DNA of 64,000 nt from Eledone cirrhosa (lineage: Eukaryota). The stretch spans positions 367,226,001 through 367,290,000 of the forward strand of contig OZ024742.1 in the NCBI GenBank assembly GCA_964016885.1, written 5' to 3'. A program made the position numbers and the translations under genes. The notes beneath the pieces were generated by a model. That model had not been told where the DNA came from. It was given only the letters and a program-made list of their open reading frames with translations, and did no database searches. Shown in pieces: positions 14,701 through 29,400 of this stretch (position 1 is its first letter; each line of letters starts with the position of its first letter).

Positions 14701-17436
14701 AAAGAATATTACAGTATACATGTACTTGGGCACATTTACAAAGAATATTACAGTATACATGTACCTGAGCACATTTACAAAGAATATTACAGTATACATG
14801 TACCTGAGCACATTTACAAAGAATATTGCAGTATACATGTACCTGAGCACATTTACAAAGCATAGTACAGTATACATGTACCGGAGCACATTTACAAAGA
14901 ATATTACAGTATACATGTACCTCAGCACATTTACAAAGAATATTATAGTATACATGTACTTGGGCACATTTACAAAGAGTATTACAGTATACATGTACTT
15001 GGGCACATTTACAAAGAATATTACAGTATACATGTATCTGAGCACATTTACAAAGAATATTACAGTATACATGTACCTGAGCACATTTACAAAGAATATT
15101 ACAGTATACATGTACCTGAGCACATTTACAAAGAATATTATAGTATACATGTACCTGAGCACATTTACAAAGAATATTACACTATACACATACCTGAGCT
15201 CATTTACAAAGAATATTACAGTATAAATGTACCTGAGCACATTTACAAAGAATATTACAGTATACATGTACCTCAGGACATTTACAAAGAATATCACAGT
15301 ATACATGTACCTGAGCACATTTACAAAGAATATTACAGTATACATGTACTTGGGCACATTTACAAAGAATATTACAGTATACATGTACCTGAGCACATTT
15401 ACAAAGAATATTACAGTATACATTTACTTGGGGACATTTACAAACAATATTATAGTATACATTTACCTGAGCTCATTTACAAAGAATATTATAGTATACA
15501 TGTACCTGGGCATATTTACAAAGAATATTATAGTATACATGTACCTGAGCACATTTACAAGGAATATTACAGTATACATATACCTGAGCACATTTACAAA
15601 GAATATTACAGTATACATGTACCTGAGCACATCTACAAAGAATATTACAGTATACATCTACTTCGGGACATTTACAAAGAATATTATAGTATACATGTAC
15701 CTGAGCACATTTACAAAGAATATTACAGTATACATGTACCTGAGCACATTTACAAAGAATATTACAGTATACATGTACCTGAGCACATTTACAAAGAATA
15801 TTACAGTATACATGTACCTGAGCACATTTACAAAGAATATTACAGTATACATTTACCTGAGCACATTTACAGAGAATATTACAGTATACATGTACCGGAG
15901 CACATTTACAAAGAATATTACAGTATACATGTACCTGAGCACATTTACAAAGAATGTTACAGTATACATTTACCTGAGCACATTTACAAAGCATATTACA
16001 GTATACATGTACCTGAGCACATTTACAAAGATATTACACTATACATGTACTTGGGCACATTTACAAAGAATATAACAGTATACATGTACCTGAGCTCATT
16101 TACAAAAATATTACAGTATACATGTACTTGGGCACATTTACAAAGAATATTACAGTATACATGTACTTGGGCACATCTACAAAGAATATTACATTATACA
16201 TGTACCTGAGCACATTTACAAAGAATATTACAGTATACATGTACTTGGGCACATTAACAAGAATATTACAGTATACATGTACCTGAGCACATTTACAAAG
16301 AATATTACAATTTACTTATACCTGAGCACATTTACAAAGAATATTACAGTATACATGTATCTGAGCACATTTACAAAGAATATTACAGTATACATGTACC
16401 TGAGCACATTTACAAAGAATATTTTAGTATACATGTACCTGAGCACATTTACAAAGAATATTACAGTATACATGTACCTGAGCACATTTACAAAGAATAT
16501 TACAGTATACATGTACCTGAGCACATTTACAAAGCATATTACAGTATACATGTACGGGAGCACATTTACAAAGAATATTACAGTATACATTTACCTGAGC
16601 CCATTTACAAGGAATATTACAGTATACAATGTACCTGGGCACATTTACAAATAATATTATAGTATACATTTACCTGAGCTCATTTACAAAGAATATTATA
16701 GTATATATGTACCTGAGCACATTTACAAAGAATATTATAGCATACATGTACCTGAGCACATTTACAAGGAATATTACAGTATACATATACCTGAGCACAT
16801 TTACAAAGAATATTACCGTATACATGTACCTGAGCACATCTACAAAGAATATTACAGTATACATGTACTTGGGGACAGTTACAAAGAATATTACAGTATA
16901 CATGTACCTGAGCACATTTAGAAAGAATATTACAGTATACATGTACCTGAGCACATTTACAAAGAATATTACAGTATACATGTATCTGAGCACATTTACA
17001 AAGAATATTACAGTATATATGTACCTGAGCACATTTACAAAGAATATTACGGTATACATTTACCTGAGCACATTTACAGAGAATATTACGGTATACATGT
17101 ACCTGAGCACATTTACAAAGAATATTACAGTATACATGTACCTGAGCACATTTACAAATGATGTTACAGTATACATTTACCTGAGCACATTTACAAAGCA
17201 TATTACAGTATACATGTACCTGAGCACATTTACAAAGAATATTACACTATACATGTACTTGGGCATATTTACAAAGAATATAACAGTATACATGTACCTG
17301 AGCTCATTTACAAAAATATTACAGTATACATGTACTTGGGCACATTTACAAAGAATATTACAGTATACATGTACTTGGGCACATCTACAAAGAGTATTAC
17401 ATTATACATGTACCTGAGCACATTTACAAAGAATAT
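8653..17436 (+). repeat. Near-identical ~3.9-kb block duplication: ~8653-12528 repeated at ~13561-17436 (offset 4908)
   Basis: ORF pairs 8698/13606, 9110/14018, 10319/15227, 11369/16277 and 11721/16629 are all offset by 4908. I spotted only three differences (9562/14470, 10860/15768, 10989/15897). Confidence 0.92.
12015..14170 (+). repeat. Tandem duplication, 1051-bp unit (27 monomers minus 2 bp): ~12015-13065 repeated at ~13066-14116
   Basis: ORF pairs 12422/13473 and 12555/13606. Markers aatgatgttac, the insertion monomer aagaatatatacag (12798/13849) and ccggagcaattc (12816/13867) recur at +1051. Confidence 0.9.
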
Positions 17437-20400
17437 TACAGTATACATGTACTTGGGCACATTAACAAGAATATTACAGTATACATGTACCTGAGCAGAT
17501 TTACAAAGAATATTACAGTTTACATATACCTGAGCACATTTACAAAGAATATTACAGTATACATGTACCGGAGCAATTCTACAAAGAATATTACAGTATA
17601 CATGTACTTCGGGACATTTACAAAGAATATTTCATTATACATGTAGCTGGGCACATTTACAAAGAATATTATAGTATACATTTACCTGAGCTCATTTACA
17701 AGGAATATTTCATTATACATGTACCTGGGCACATTTACAAAGAATATTATAGTATACATTTACCTGAGCTCATTTACAAAGAATATTATATTATACATGT
17801 ACCTGAGCACATTTACAAAGAATATTATAGTATACATGTACCTGAGCACATTTACAAGGAATATTACAGTATACATATACCTGAGCACATTTACAAAGAA
17901 TATTATAGTATACATGTACCTGAGCACATCTACAATTAATATTACTGTATACATGTATCTGAGCACATTTAGAAAAGAATATTACATTATACATGTACCT
18001 GAGCACATTTACAAAGAATATTACATTATACATGTACCTGAGCACATTTACAAAGAATATTACAGTATACATGTACCTGAGCACATTTACAAAGAATATT
18101 ACAGTATACATGTACCTGAGCACATTTGCAAAGAATATTATATTATACATGTACCTGAGCACATTTACAAAGAATATTACCGTATACATGTACCTGAGCA
18201 CATTTACAAAGAATATTACAGTATACATGTACCTCAGCACATTTACAAAGAATATTATAGTATACATGTACTTGGGCACATTTACAAAGAATATTACAGT
18301 ATACATGTACTTGGGCACATTTACAAAGAATATTACAGTATACATGTACTTGGGCACATTTACAAAGAATATTATAGTATACATGTACATGAGCACATTT
18401 ACAAAGAATATTACAGTATACATGTACCTGAGCACATTTACAAAGAATATTATATTATACATGTACTTGGGCACATTTACAAAGAATAATTCAGTATACA
18501 TGTACTTGGGCACATTTACAAAGAATATTACAGTATACATGTACCTGAGCACATTTACAAAGAATATTACAGTATAGATGTACCTGAGCACATTTACAAA
18601 GAATATTATAGTATACATGTACCTGAGCACATTTACAAGGAATATTACAGTATACATGTACCTCAGCACATTTACAAAGAATATTATAGTATACATGTAC
18701 TTGGGCACATTTACAAAGAATATTACAGTATACATGTACTTGGGCACATTTACAAAGAATATTACAGTATACATGTACTTGGGCACATTTACAAAGAATA
18801 TTATAGTATACATGTACCTGAGCACATTTACAAAGAATATTACAGTATACATGTACCGGAGCACATTTACAAAGAATATTATATTATACATGTACTTGGG
18901 CACATTTACAAAGAATAATTCAGTATACATGTACTTGGGCACATTTACAAAAATATTACAGTATACATGTACTCGGGCACATCTACAAAGAATATTACAT
19001 CATACATGTACCTGAGCACATTTACAAAGAATATTACAGTATACATGTACTTGGGCACATTAACAAGAATATTACAGTATACATGTACCTAAGCAGAGTT
19101 ACAAAGAATATTACAGTTTACATATACCTGAGCACATTTACAAAGAATGTTACAGTATACATGTACCTGAGCACAATTACAAAGAATATTACAGTATACA
19201 TGTACCTGAGAACATTTACAAAGAATATTATAGTATACATGTACCTGAGCACATTTACAAAGAATATTACAGTATACATGTACCTGAGCACATTTACAAA
19301 GAATATTACAGTATACATGTACTTGAGCACATTTACAAAGCATATTACAGTATACATGTACCGGAGCACATTTACAAAGAATATTACAGTATACATTTAC
19401 CTGAGCTCATTTACAAGGAATATTACAGTATACATGTACCTGGGCACATTTACAAAGAATATTATAGTATACATTTACCTGAGCTCATTTACAAAGAATA
19501 TTATAGTATACATGTACCTGAGCACATTTACAAAGAATATTATAGTATACATGTACCTGAGCACATTTACAAGGAATATTACAGTATACATATACCTGTG
19601 CACATTTATAAAGAATATTACAGTATACATGTACCTGAGTACATCTACAAAGAATATTACAATATACATGTACTTGGGGACAGTTACAAAGAATATTACA
19701 GTATACATGTACCTGAGCACATTTAGAAAGAATATTACAGTATACATGTACCTGAGCACATTTCCAAAGAATATTACAGTATACATGTACCTGAGCATAT
19801 TTATAAAGAATATTACAGTATACATGTACCTGAGCACATTTACAAAGAATATTACAGTATACATGTACCTGAGCACATTTACAAAGCATATTACAGTATA
19901 CATGTACCGGAGCACATTTACAAAGAATATTACAATATACATTTACCTGAGCTCATTTACAAGGAATATTTCATTATACATGTACCTGGGCACATTTACA
20001 AACAATATTATAGTATTCATTTACCTGAGCTCATTTACAAAGAATATTATAGTATACATGTACCTGAGCATATTTACAAAGAATATTATAGTATACATGT
20101 ACCTGAGCACATTTACAAGGAATATTACAGTATACATATACCTGAGCACATTTACAAAGAATATTACAGTATACATGTACCTGAGCACATCTACAAAGAA
20201 TATTACAGTATACATCTACTTCGGGACATTTACAAAGAATATTACAGTATACATGTACCTGAGCACATTTACAAAGAATATTACAGTATACATGTACCTG
20301 AGCACATTTACAAAGAATATTACAGTATACATGTACCTGAGCACATTTACAAAGAATATTACAGTATACATGTACCTGAGCACATTTACAAAGAATATTA

Positions 20401-23400
20401 CAGTATACATTTACCTGAGCACATTTACAGAGAATATTACAGTATACATGTACCTGAGCACATTTACAAAGAATATTACAGTATACATGTACCTGAGCAC
20501 ATTTACAAAGAATGTTACAGTATACATTTACCTGAGCACATTTACAAAGCATATTACAGTATACATGTACCTGAGCACATTTACAAAGATATTACACTAT
20601 ACATGTACTTGGGCACATTTACAAAGAATATAACAGTATACATGTACCTGAGCTCATTTACAAAAATATTACAGTATACATGTACTTGGGCACATTTACA
20701 AAGCATATTACAGTATACATGTACTTGGGCACATCTACAAAGAATATTACATTATACATGTACCTGAGCACATTTACAAAGAATATTACAGTATACATGT
20801 ACTTGGGCACATTAACAAGTATATTACAGTATACATGTACCTGAGCACATTTACAAAGAATATTACAGTTTACATATACCTGAGCACATTTACAAAGAAT
20901 ATTACAGTATACATGTATCTGAGCACATTTACAAAGAATATTACAGTATACATGTACCTGAGCACATTTACAAAGAATATTTTAGTATACATGTACCTGA
21001 GCACATTTACAAAGAATATTACAGTATACATGTACCTGAGCACATTTACAAAGAATATTACAGTATACATGTACCTGAGCACATTTACAAAGCATATTAC
21101 AGTATACATATACCTGAGCACATTTACAAAGAATATTACAGTATACATGTACCTGAGCACATCTACAAAGAATATTACAGTATACATGTACTTGGGGACA
21201 GTTACAAAGAATATTACAGTATACATGTACCTGCGCACATTTAGAAAGAATATTACAGTATACATGTACCTGAGCACATTTACAAAGAATATTACAGTAT
21301 ACATGTATCTGAGCACATTTACAAAGAATATTACAGTATATATGTACCTGAGCACATTTACAAAGAATATTACAGTATACATTTACCTGAGCACATTTAC
21401 AGAGAATATTACAGTATACATGTACTTGAGCACATTTACAAAGAATATTACAGTATACATGTACCTGAGCACATTTACAAATAATGTTACAGTATACATT
21501 TACCTGAGCACATTTACAAAGCATATTACAGTATACATGTACCTGAGCACATTTACAAAGAATATTACACTATACATGTACTTGGGCACATTTACAAAGA
21601 ATATAACAGTATACATGTACCTGAGCTCATTTACAAAAATATTACAGTATACATGTACTTGGGCACATTAACAAAGAATATTACAGTATACATGTACTTG
21701 GGCACATCTACAAAGAGTATTACATTATACATGTACCTGAGCACATTTACAAAGAATATTACAGTATACATGTACTTGGGCACATTAACAAGAATATTAC
21801 AGTATACATGTACCTGAGCAGATTTACAAAGAATATTACAGTTTACATATACCTGAGCACATTTACAAAGAATATTACAGTATACATGTACCGGAGCAAT
21901 TCTACAAAGAATATTACAGTATACATGTACTTCGGGACATTTACAAAGAATATTTCATTATACATGTAGCTGGGCACATTTACAAAGAATATTATAGTAT
22001 ACATTTACCTGAGCTCATTTACAAGGAATATTTCATTATACATGTACCTGGGCACATTTACAAAGAATATTATAGTATACATTTACCTGAGCTCATTTAC
22101 AAAGAATATTATATTATACATGTACCTGAGCACATTTACAACAAAGAATATTATAGTATACATGTACCTGAGCACATTTACAAGGAATATTACAGTATAC
22201 ATATACCTGAGCACATTTACAAAGAATATTATAGTATACATGTACCTGAGCACATCTACAAATAATATTACTGTATACATGTATCTGAGCACATTTACAA
22301 AGAATATTACATTATACATGTACCTGAGCACATTTACAAAGAATATTACAGTATACATTTACCTGAGCTCATTTACAAAGAATATTACAGTATACATGTA
22401 CCTGAGCACATTTATAAAGAATATTACAGTATACATGTACCTGAGCACATTTACAAAGAATATTAGAGTATACATTTACCTGAGCACAATTACAGAGAAT
22501 ATTACAGTATACATGTACCTGAGCACATTTACAAAGAATATTACAGTATACATTTACCTGAGCCCATTTACAAGGAATATTACAGTATACAATGTACCTG
22601 GGCACATTTACAAAGAATATTATAGTATACATTTACCTGAGCTCATTTACAAAGAATATTATAGTATATATGTACCTGAGCACATTTACAAAGAATATTA
22701 TAGCATACATGTACCTGAGCACATTTACAAGGAATATTACAGTATACATATACCTGAGCACATTTACAAAGAATATTACAGTATACATGTACCTGAGCAC
22801 ATCTACAAAGAATATTATAGTATACATGTACTTGGGGACAGTTACAAAGAATATTACAGTATACATGTACCTGAGCACATTTAGAAAGAATATTACAGTA
22901 TACATGTACCTGAGCACATTTACAAAGAATATTACAGTATACACGTACCTGAGCACATTTATAAAGAATATTACAGTATACATGTACCTGAGCACATTTA
23001 CAAAGAATATTACAGTATACATTTACCTGAGCACATTTACAGAGAATATTACAGTATACATGTACCTGAGCACATTTACAAAGAATATTACAGTATACAT
23101 GTACCTGAGCACATTTACAAAGAATATTACAGTATACATGTTCCTGAGCACATTTACAAAGAATATTATAGTATACATGTACCTGAGCACATCTACAAAT
23201 AATATTACAGTATACATGTATCTGAGCACATTTACAAAGAATATTACAGTATACATGTACCTGAGCACATTTACAAAGAATATTACAGTATACATGTACC
23301 TGAGCACATTTACAAAGAATATTACAGTATACATGTACCTGAGCACATTTACAAAGAATATTACAGTATACATGTACCTGAGCACATTTGCAAAGAATAT

Positions 23401-26400
23401 TATATTATACATGTACCTGAGCACATTTACAAAGAATATTACCGTATACATGTACCTGAGCACATTTACAAAGAATATTACAGTATACATGTACCTCAGC
23501 ACATTTACAAAGAATATTATAGTATACATGTACTTGGGCACATTTACAAGGAATATTACAGTATACATGTACTTGGGCACATTTACAAAGAATATTACAG
23601 TATACATGTACTTGGGCACATTTACAAAGAATATTATAGTATACATGTACCTGAGCACATTTACAAAGAATATTACAGTATACATGTACCTGAGCACATT
23701 TACAAAGAATATTGCAGTATACATGTACCTGAGCACATTTACAAAGAATATTATATTATACATGTACTTGGGCACATTTACAAAGAATAATTCAGTATAC
23801 ATGTACTTGGGCACATTTACAAAGAATATTACAGTATACATGTACCTGAGCACATTTACAAAGAATATTACAGTATACATGTACTTGGGCACATTTACAA
23901 AGAATATTATAGTATACATGTACCTGAGCACATTTACAAAGAATATTACAGTATACATGTACCTGAGCACATTTACAAAGAATATTATATTATACATGTA
24001 CTTGGGCACATTTACAAAGAATAATTCAGTATACATGTACTTGGGCACATTTACAAAGATATTACAGTATACATGTACTTGGGCACATCTACAAAGAATA
24101 TTACATTATCCATGTACCTGAGCACATTTACAAAGAATATTACAGTATACATGTACTTGGGCACATTAACAAGAATATTACAGTATACATGTACCTGAGC
24201 AGAGTTACAAAGAATATTACAGTTTACATATACCTGAGCACATTTACAAAGAATGTTACAGTATACATGTACCTGAGCACAATTACAAAGAATATTACAG
24301 TATACATGTACCTGAGAACATTTACAAAGAATATTATAGTATACATGTACCTGAGCACATTTACAAAGAATATTACAGTATACATGTACCTGAGCACATT
24401 TACAAAGTATATTACAGTATACATGTACTTGAGCACATTTACAAAGCATATTACAGTATACATGTACCGGAGCAGATTTACAAATAATATTACAGTATAC
24501 ATTTACCTGAGCTCATTTACAAGGAATATTGCAGTATACATGTACCTGGGCACATTTACAAAGAATATTATAGTATACATTTACCTGAGCTCATTTACAA
24601 AGAATATTATAGTATACATGTACCTGAGCACATTTACAAAGAATATTATAGTATACATGTACCTGAGCACATTTACAAGGAATATTACAGTATACATATA
24701 CCTGTGCACATTTATAAAGAATATTACAGTATACATGTACCTGAGTACATCTACAAAGAATATTACAGTATACATGTACTTGGGGACAGTTACAAAGAAT
24801 ATTACAGTATACATGTACCTGAGCACATTTAGAAAGAATATTACAGTATACATGTACCTGAGCACATTTACAAAGAATATTACAGTATACATGTACCTGA
24901 GCATATTTACAAAGAATATTACAGTATACATGTACCTGAGCACATTTACAAAGAATATTACAGTATACATGTACCTGAGCACATTTACAAAGAATATTAC
25001 ACTATACATGTACTTGGGCACATTTACAAAGAATATAACAGTATACATGTACCTGAGCTCATTTACAAAAATATTACAGTATACATGTACTTGGGCACAT
25101 TTACAAAGAATATTACAGTATACATGTACTTGGGCACATCTACAAAGAGTATTACATTATACATGTACCTGAGCACATTTACAAAGAATATTACAGTATA
25201 CATGTACTTGGGCACATTAACAAGAATATTACAGTATACATGTACCTGAGCAGATTTACAAAGAATATTACAGTTTACATATACCTGAGCACATTTACAA
25301 AGAATATTACAGTATACATGTACCGGAGCAATTCTACAAAGAATATTACAGCATACATGTACTTCGGGACATTTACAAAGAATATTTCATTATACATGTA
25401 GCTGGGCACATTTACAAAGAATATTATAGTATACATTTACCTGAGCTCATTTACAAGGAATATTTCATTATACATGTACCTGGGCACATTTACAAAGAAT
25501 ATTATAGTATACATTTACCTGAGCTCATTTACAAAGAATATTATATTATACATGTACCTGAGCACATTTACAAAGAATATTATAGTATACATGTACCTGA
25601 GCACATTTATAAGGAATATTACAGTATACATATACCTGAGCACATTTACAAAGAATATTATAGTCTACATGTACCTGAGCACATCTACAAATAATATTAC
25701 TGTATACATGTATCTGAGCACATTTACAAAGAATATTACATTATACATGTACCTGAGCACATTTACAAAGAATATTACAGTATACATTTACCTGAGCTCA
25801 TTTACAAAGAATATTACAGTATACATGTACCTGAGCACATTTACAAAGAATATTACAGTATACATGTACCTGAGCACATTTACAAAGAATATTACAGTAT
25901 ACATGTACCTGAGCACATTTACAAAGAATATTACAGTATACATGTTCCTGGGCACATTTACAAAGAATATTATAGTATACATGTACCTGAGCACATCTAC
26001 AAATAATATTACAGTATATATGTATCTGAGCACATTTACAAAGAATATTACAGTATACATGTACCTGAGCACATTTGCAAAGAATATTATATTATACATG
26101 TACCTGAGCACATTTACAAAGAATATTACCGTATACATGTACCTGAGCACATTTACAAAGAATATTACAGTATACATGTACCTCAGCACATTTACAAAGA
26201 ATATTATAGTATACATGTACTTGGGCACATTTACAAAGAATATTACAGTATACATGTACTTGGGCACATTTACAAAGAATATTACAGTATACATGTACTT
26301 GGGCACATTTACAAAGAATATTATAGTATACATGTACCTGAGCACATTTACAAAGAATATTACAGTATACATGTACCTGAGCACATTTACAAAGAATATT

Positions 26401-29400
26401 GCAGTATACATGTACCTGAGCACATTTACAAAGAATATTATATTATACATGTACTTGGGCACATTTACAAAGAATAATTCAGTATACATGTACTTGGGCA
26501 CATTTACAAAAATATTACAGTATACATGTACTTGGGCACATCTACAAAGAATATTACATTATACATGTACCTGAGCACATTTACAAAGAATATTACAGTA
26601 TACATGTACTTGGGCACATTAACAAGAATATTACAGTATACATGTACCTGAGCAGAGTTACAAAGAATATTACAGTTTACATATACCTGAGCACATTTAC
26701 AAAGAATATTACAGTATACATGTACTTGAGCACATTTACAAAGCATATTACAGTATACATGTACCGGAGCACATTTACAAAGAATATTACAGTATACATT
26801 TACCTGAGCTCATTTACAAGGAATATTACAGTATACATGTACCTGGGCACATTTACAAAGAATATTATAGTATACATTTACCTGAGCTCATTTACAAAGA
26901 ATATTATAGTATACATGTACCTGAGAAACATTTACAAAGAATATTATAGTATACATGTACCTGAGCACATTTACAAGGAATATTACAGTATACATATACC
27001 TGTGCACATTTATAAAGAATATTATAGTATACATGTACCTGAGTACATCTACAAAGAATATTACAGTATACATGTACTTGGGGACAGTTACAAAGAATAT
27101 TACAGTATACATGTACCTGAGCACATTTAGAAAGAATATTACAGTATACATGTACCTGAGCACATTTACAAAGAATATTACAGTATACATGTACCTGAGC
27201 ATATTTACAAAGAATATTACAGTATACATGTACCTGAGCACATTTACAAAGAATATTACAGTATACATGTACCTGAGCACATTTACAAAGAATATTACAG
27301 TATACATGTACCTGAGCACATTTACAAAGAATATTACAGTATACATTTACCTGAGCACATTTACAGAGAATATTACAGTATACATGTACCTGAGCACATT
27401 TACAAAGAATATTACAGTATACATGTACCTGAGCACATTTACAAAGAATATTATAGTATACATGTACCTGAGCACATCTACAAATAATGTTACAGTATAC
27501 ATGTATCTGAGCACATTTACAAAGAATATTACAGTATACATTTACCTGAGCACATTTACAGAGAATATTACAGTATACATGTACCTGGGCACATTACAAA
27601 GAATATTACAGTATACATGTACCTGAGCACATTTACAAAGAATATCACAGTATACATGTACCTGAGCACATTTACAAAGTATATTATAGTATACATGTAC
27701 CTGAGCACATTTACAAAGAGTATTACAGTATACATATACCTGAGCATATTTACAAAGAATATTACAGTATACATATACCTGAGCACATTTACAAAGAATT
27801 TTACAGTATATATGTACCTGAGCTCATTTACAAAGAATATTATAGTATACATGTACCTGAGCACATTTACAAAGAATATTACAGTATACATTTACCTGAG
27901 CTCATTTACAAGGAATATTACAGTATACGTGTATCTGGGCACATTTACAAAGAATATTATATTATACATATACCTGAGAACATTTACAAAGAATATTACA
28001 GTATACATTTACTTGCGCACATTTACAAAGAATATTACAGTATACATGTACTTGGGCACATCTACAAAGAATATTACATTATACATGTACCTGAGCACAT
28101 TTACAAAGAATATTATAGTATACATGTACCTGAGCACATTTACAAAGAATATTATAGTATACATGTACCTGAGCGCATCTACAAATAATATTACAGTATA
28201 CATGTATCTGAGCACATTTACAAAGAATATTACAGTATACATGTACCTGAGCACTTTTACAAAGAATATTACAGTATACATGTACCTGAGCACATTTACA
28301 AAGAATATTACATTATACATGTACCTGAGCACATTTACAAAGAATATTATAGTATACATGTACCTGAGCACATTTACAAAGAATATTATAGTATACATGT
28401 ACCTGAGCACATTTACAAAGAATATTACAGTATACATGTACCTGAGCACTTTTACAAAGAATATTACATTATACATGTACCTGAGCAGATTTACAAAGAA
28501 TATTATAGTATACATGTACCTGAGCACATTTACAAAGAATATTATAGTATACATGTATCTGAGCACATTTACAAAGAATATTACAGTATACATGTACCTG
28601 AGCACTTTTACAAAGAATATTACATTATACATGTACCTGAGCACATTTACAAAGAATATTATAGTATACATGTACCTGAGCACATTTACAAGGAATATTA
28701 TAGTATACATGTACCTGAGCACATCTACAAATAATATTACAGTATACATGTACCTGAGCACTTTTACAAAGAATATTACATTATACATGTACCTGAGCAC
28801 ATTTACAAAGAATATTATAGTATACATGTACCTGAGCACATTTACAAAGAATATTATAGTATACATGTACCTGAGCACATCTACAAAGAATATTACAGTA
28901 TACATGTACCTGAGCACATTTACAAAGAATAAGACAGTATACATGTGCCTGAGCACATTTGCAAAGAATATTATATTATACATGTACCTGAGCACATTTA
29001 CAAAGAATATTACCGTATACATGTACCTGAGCACATTTACAAAGAATATTACACTATACATGTACTTGGGCACATTTACAAAGAATATTATAGTATACAT
29101 GTACCTGAGCACATTTACAAAGAATATTACAGTGTACATGTACCTGAGCACATTTACAAAGAATATTGCAGTATACATCTACCTGAGCACATTTACAAAG
29201 AATATTATATTATATATGTACCTGAGCACATTTACAAAGAATATTATAGTATACATGTACCTGAGCACATTTACAAAGAGTATTACAGTATACATATACC
29301 TCAGCACATTTACAAAGAATATTACAGTATACATATACCTGAGCACATTTACACAGAATATTACAGTATACATATACCTGAGCTCATTTACAAAGAATAT

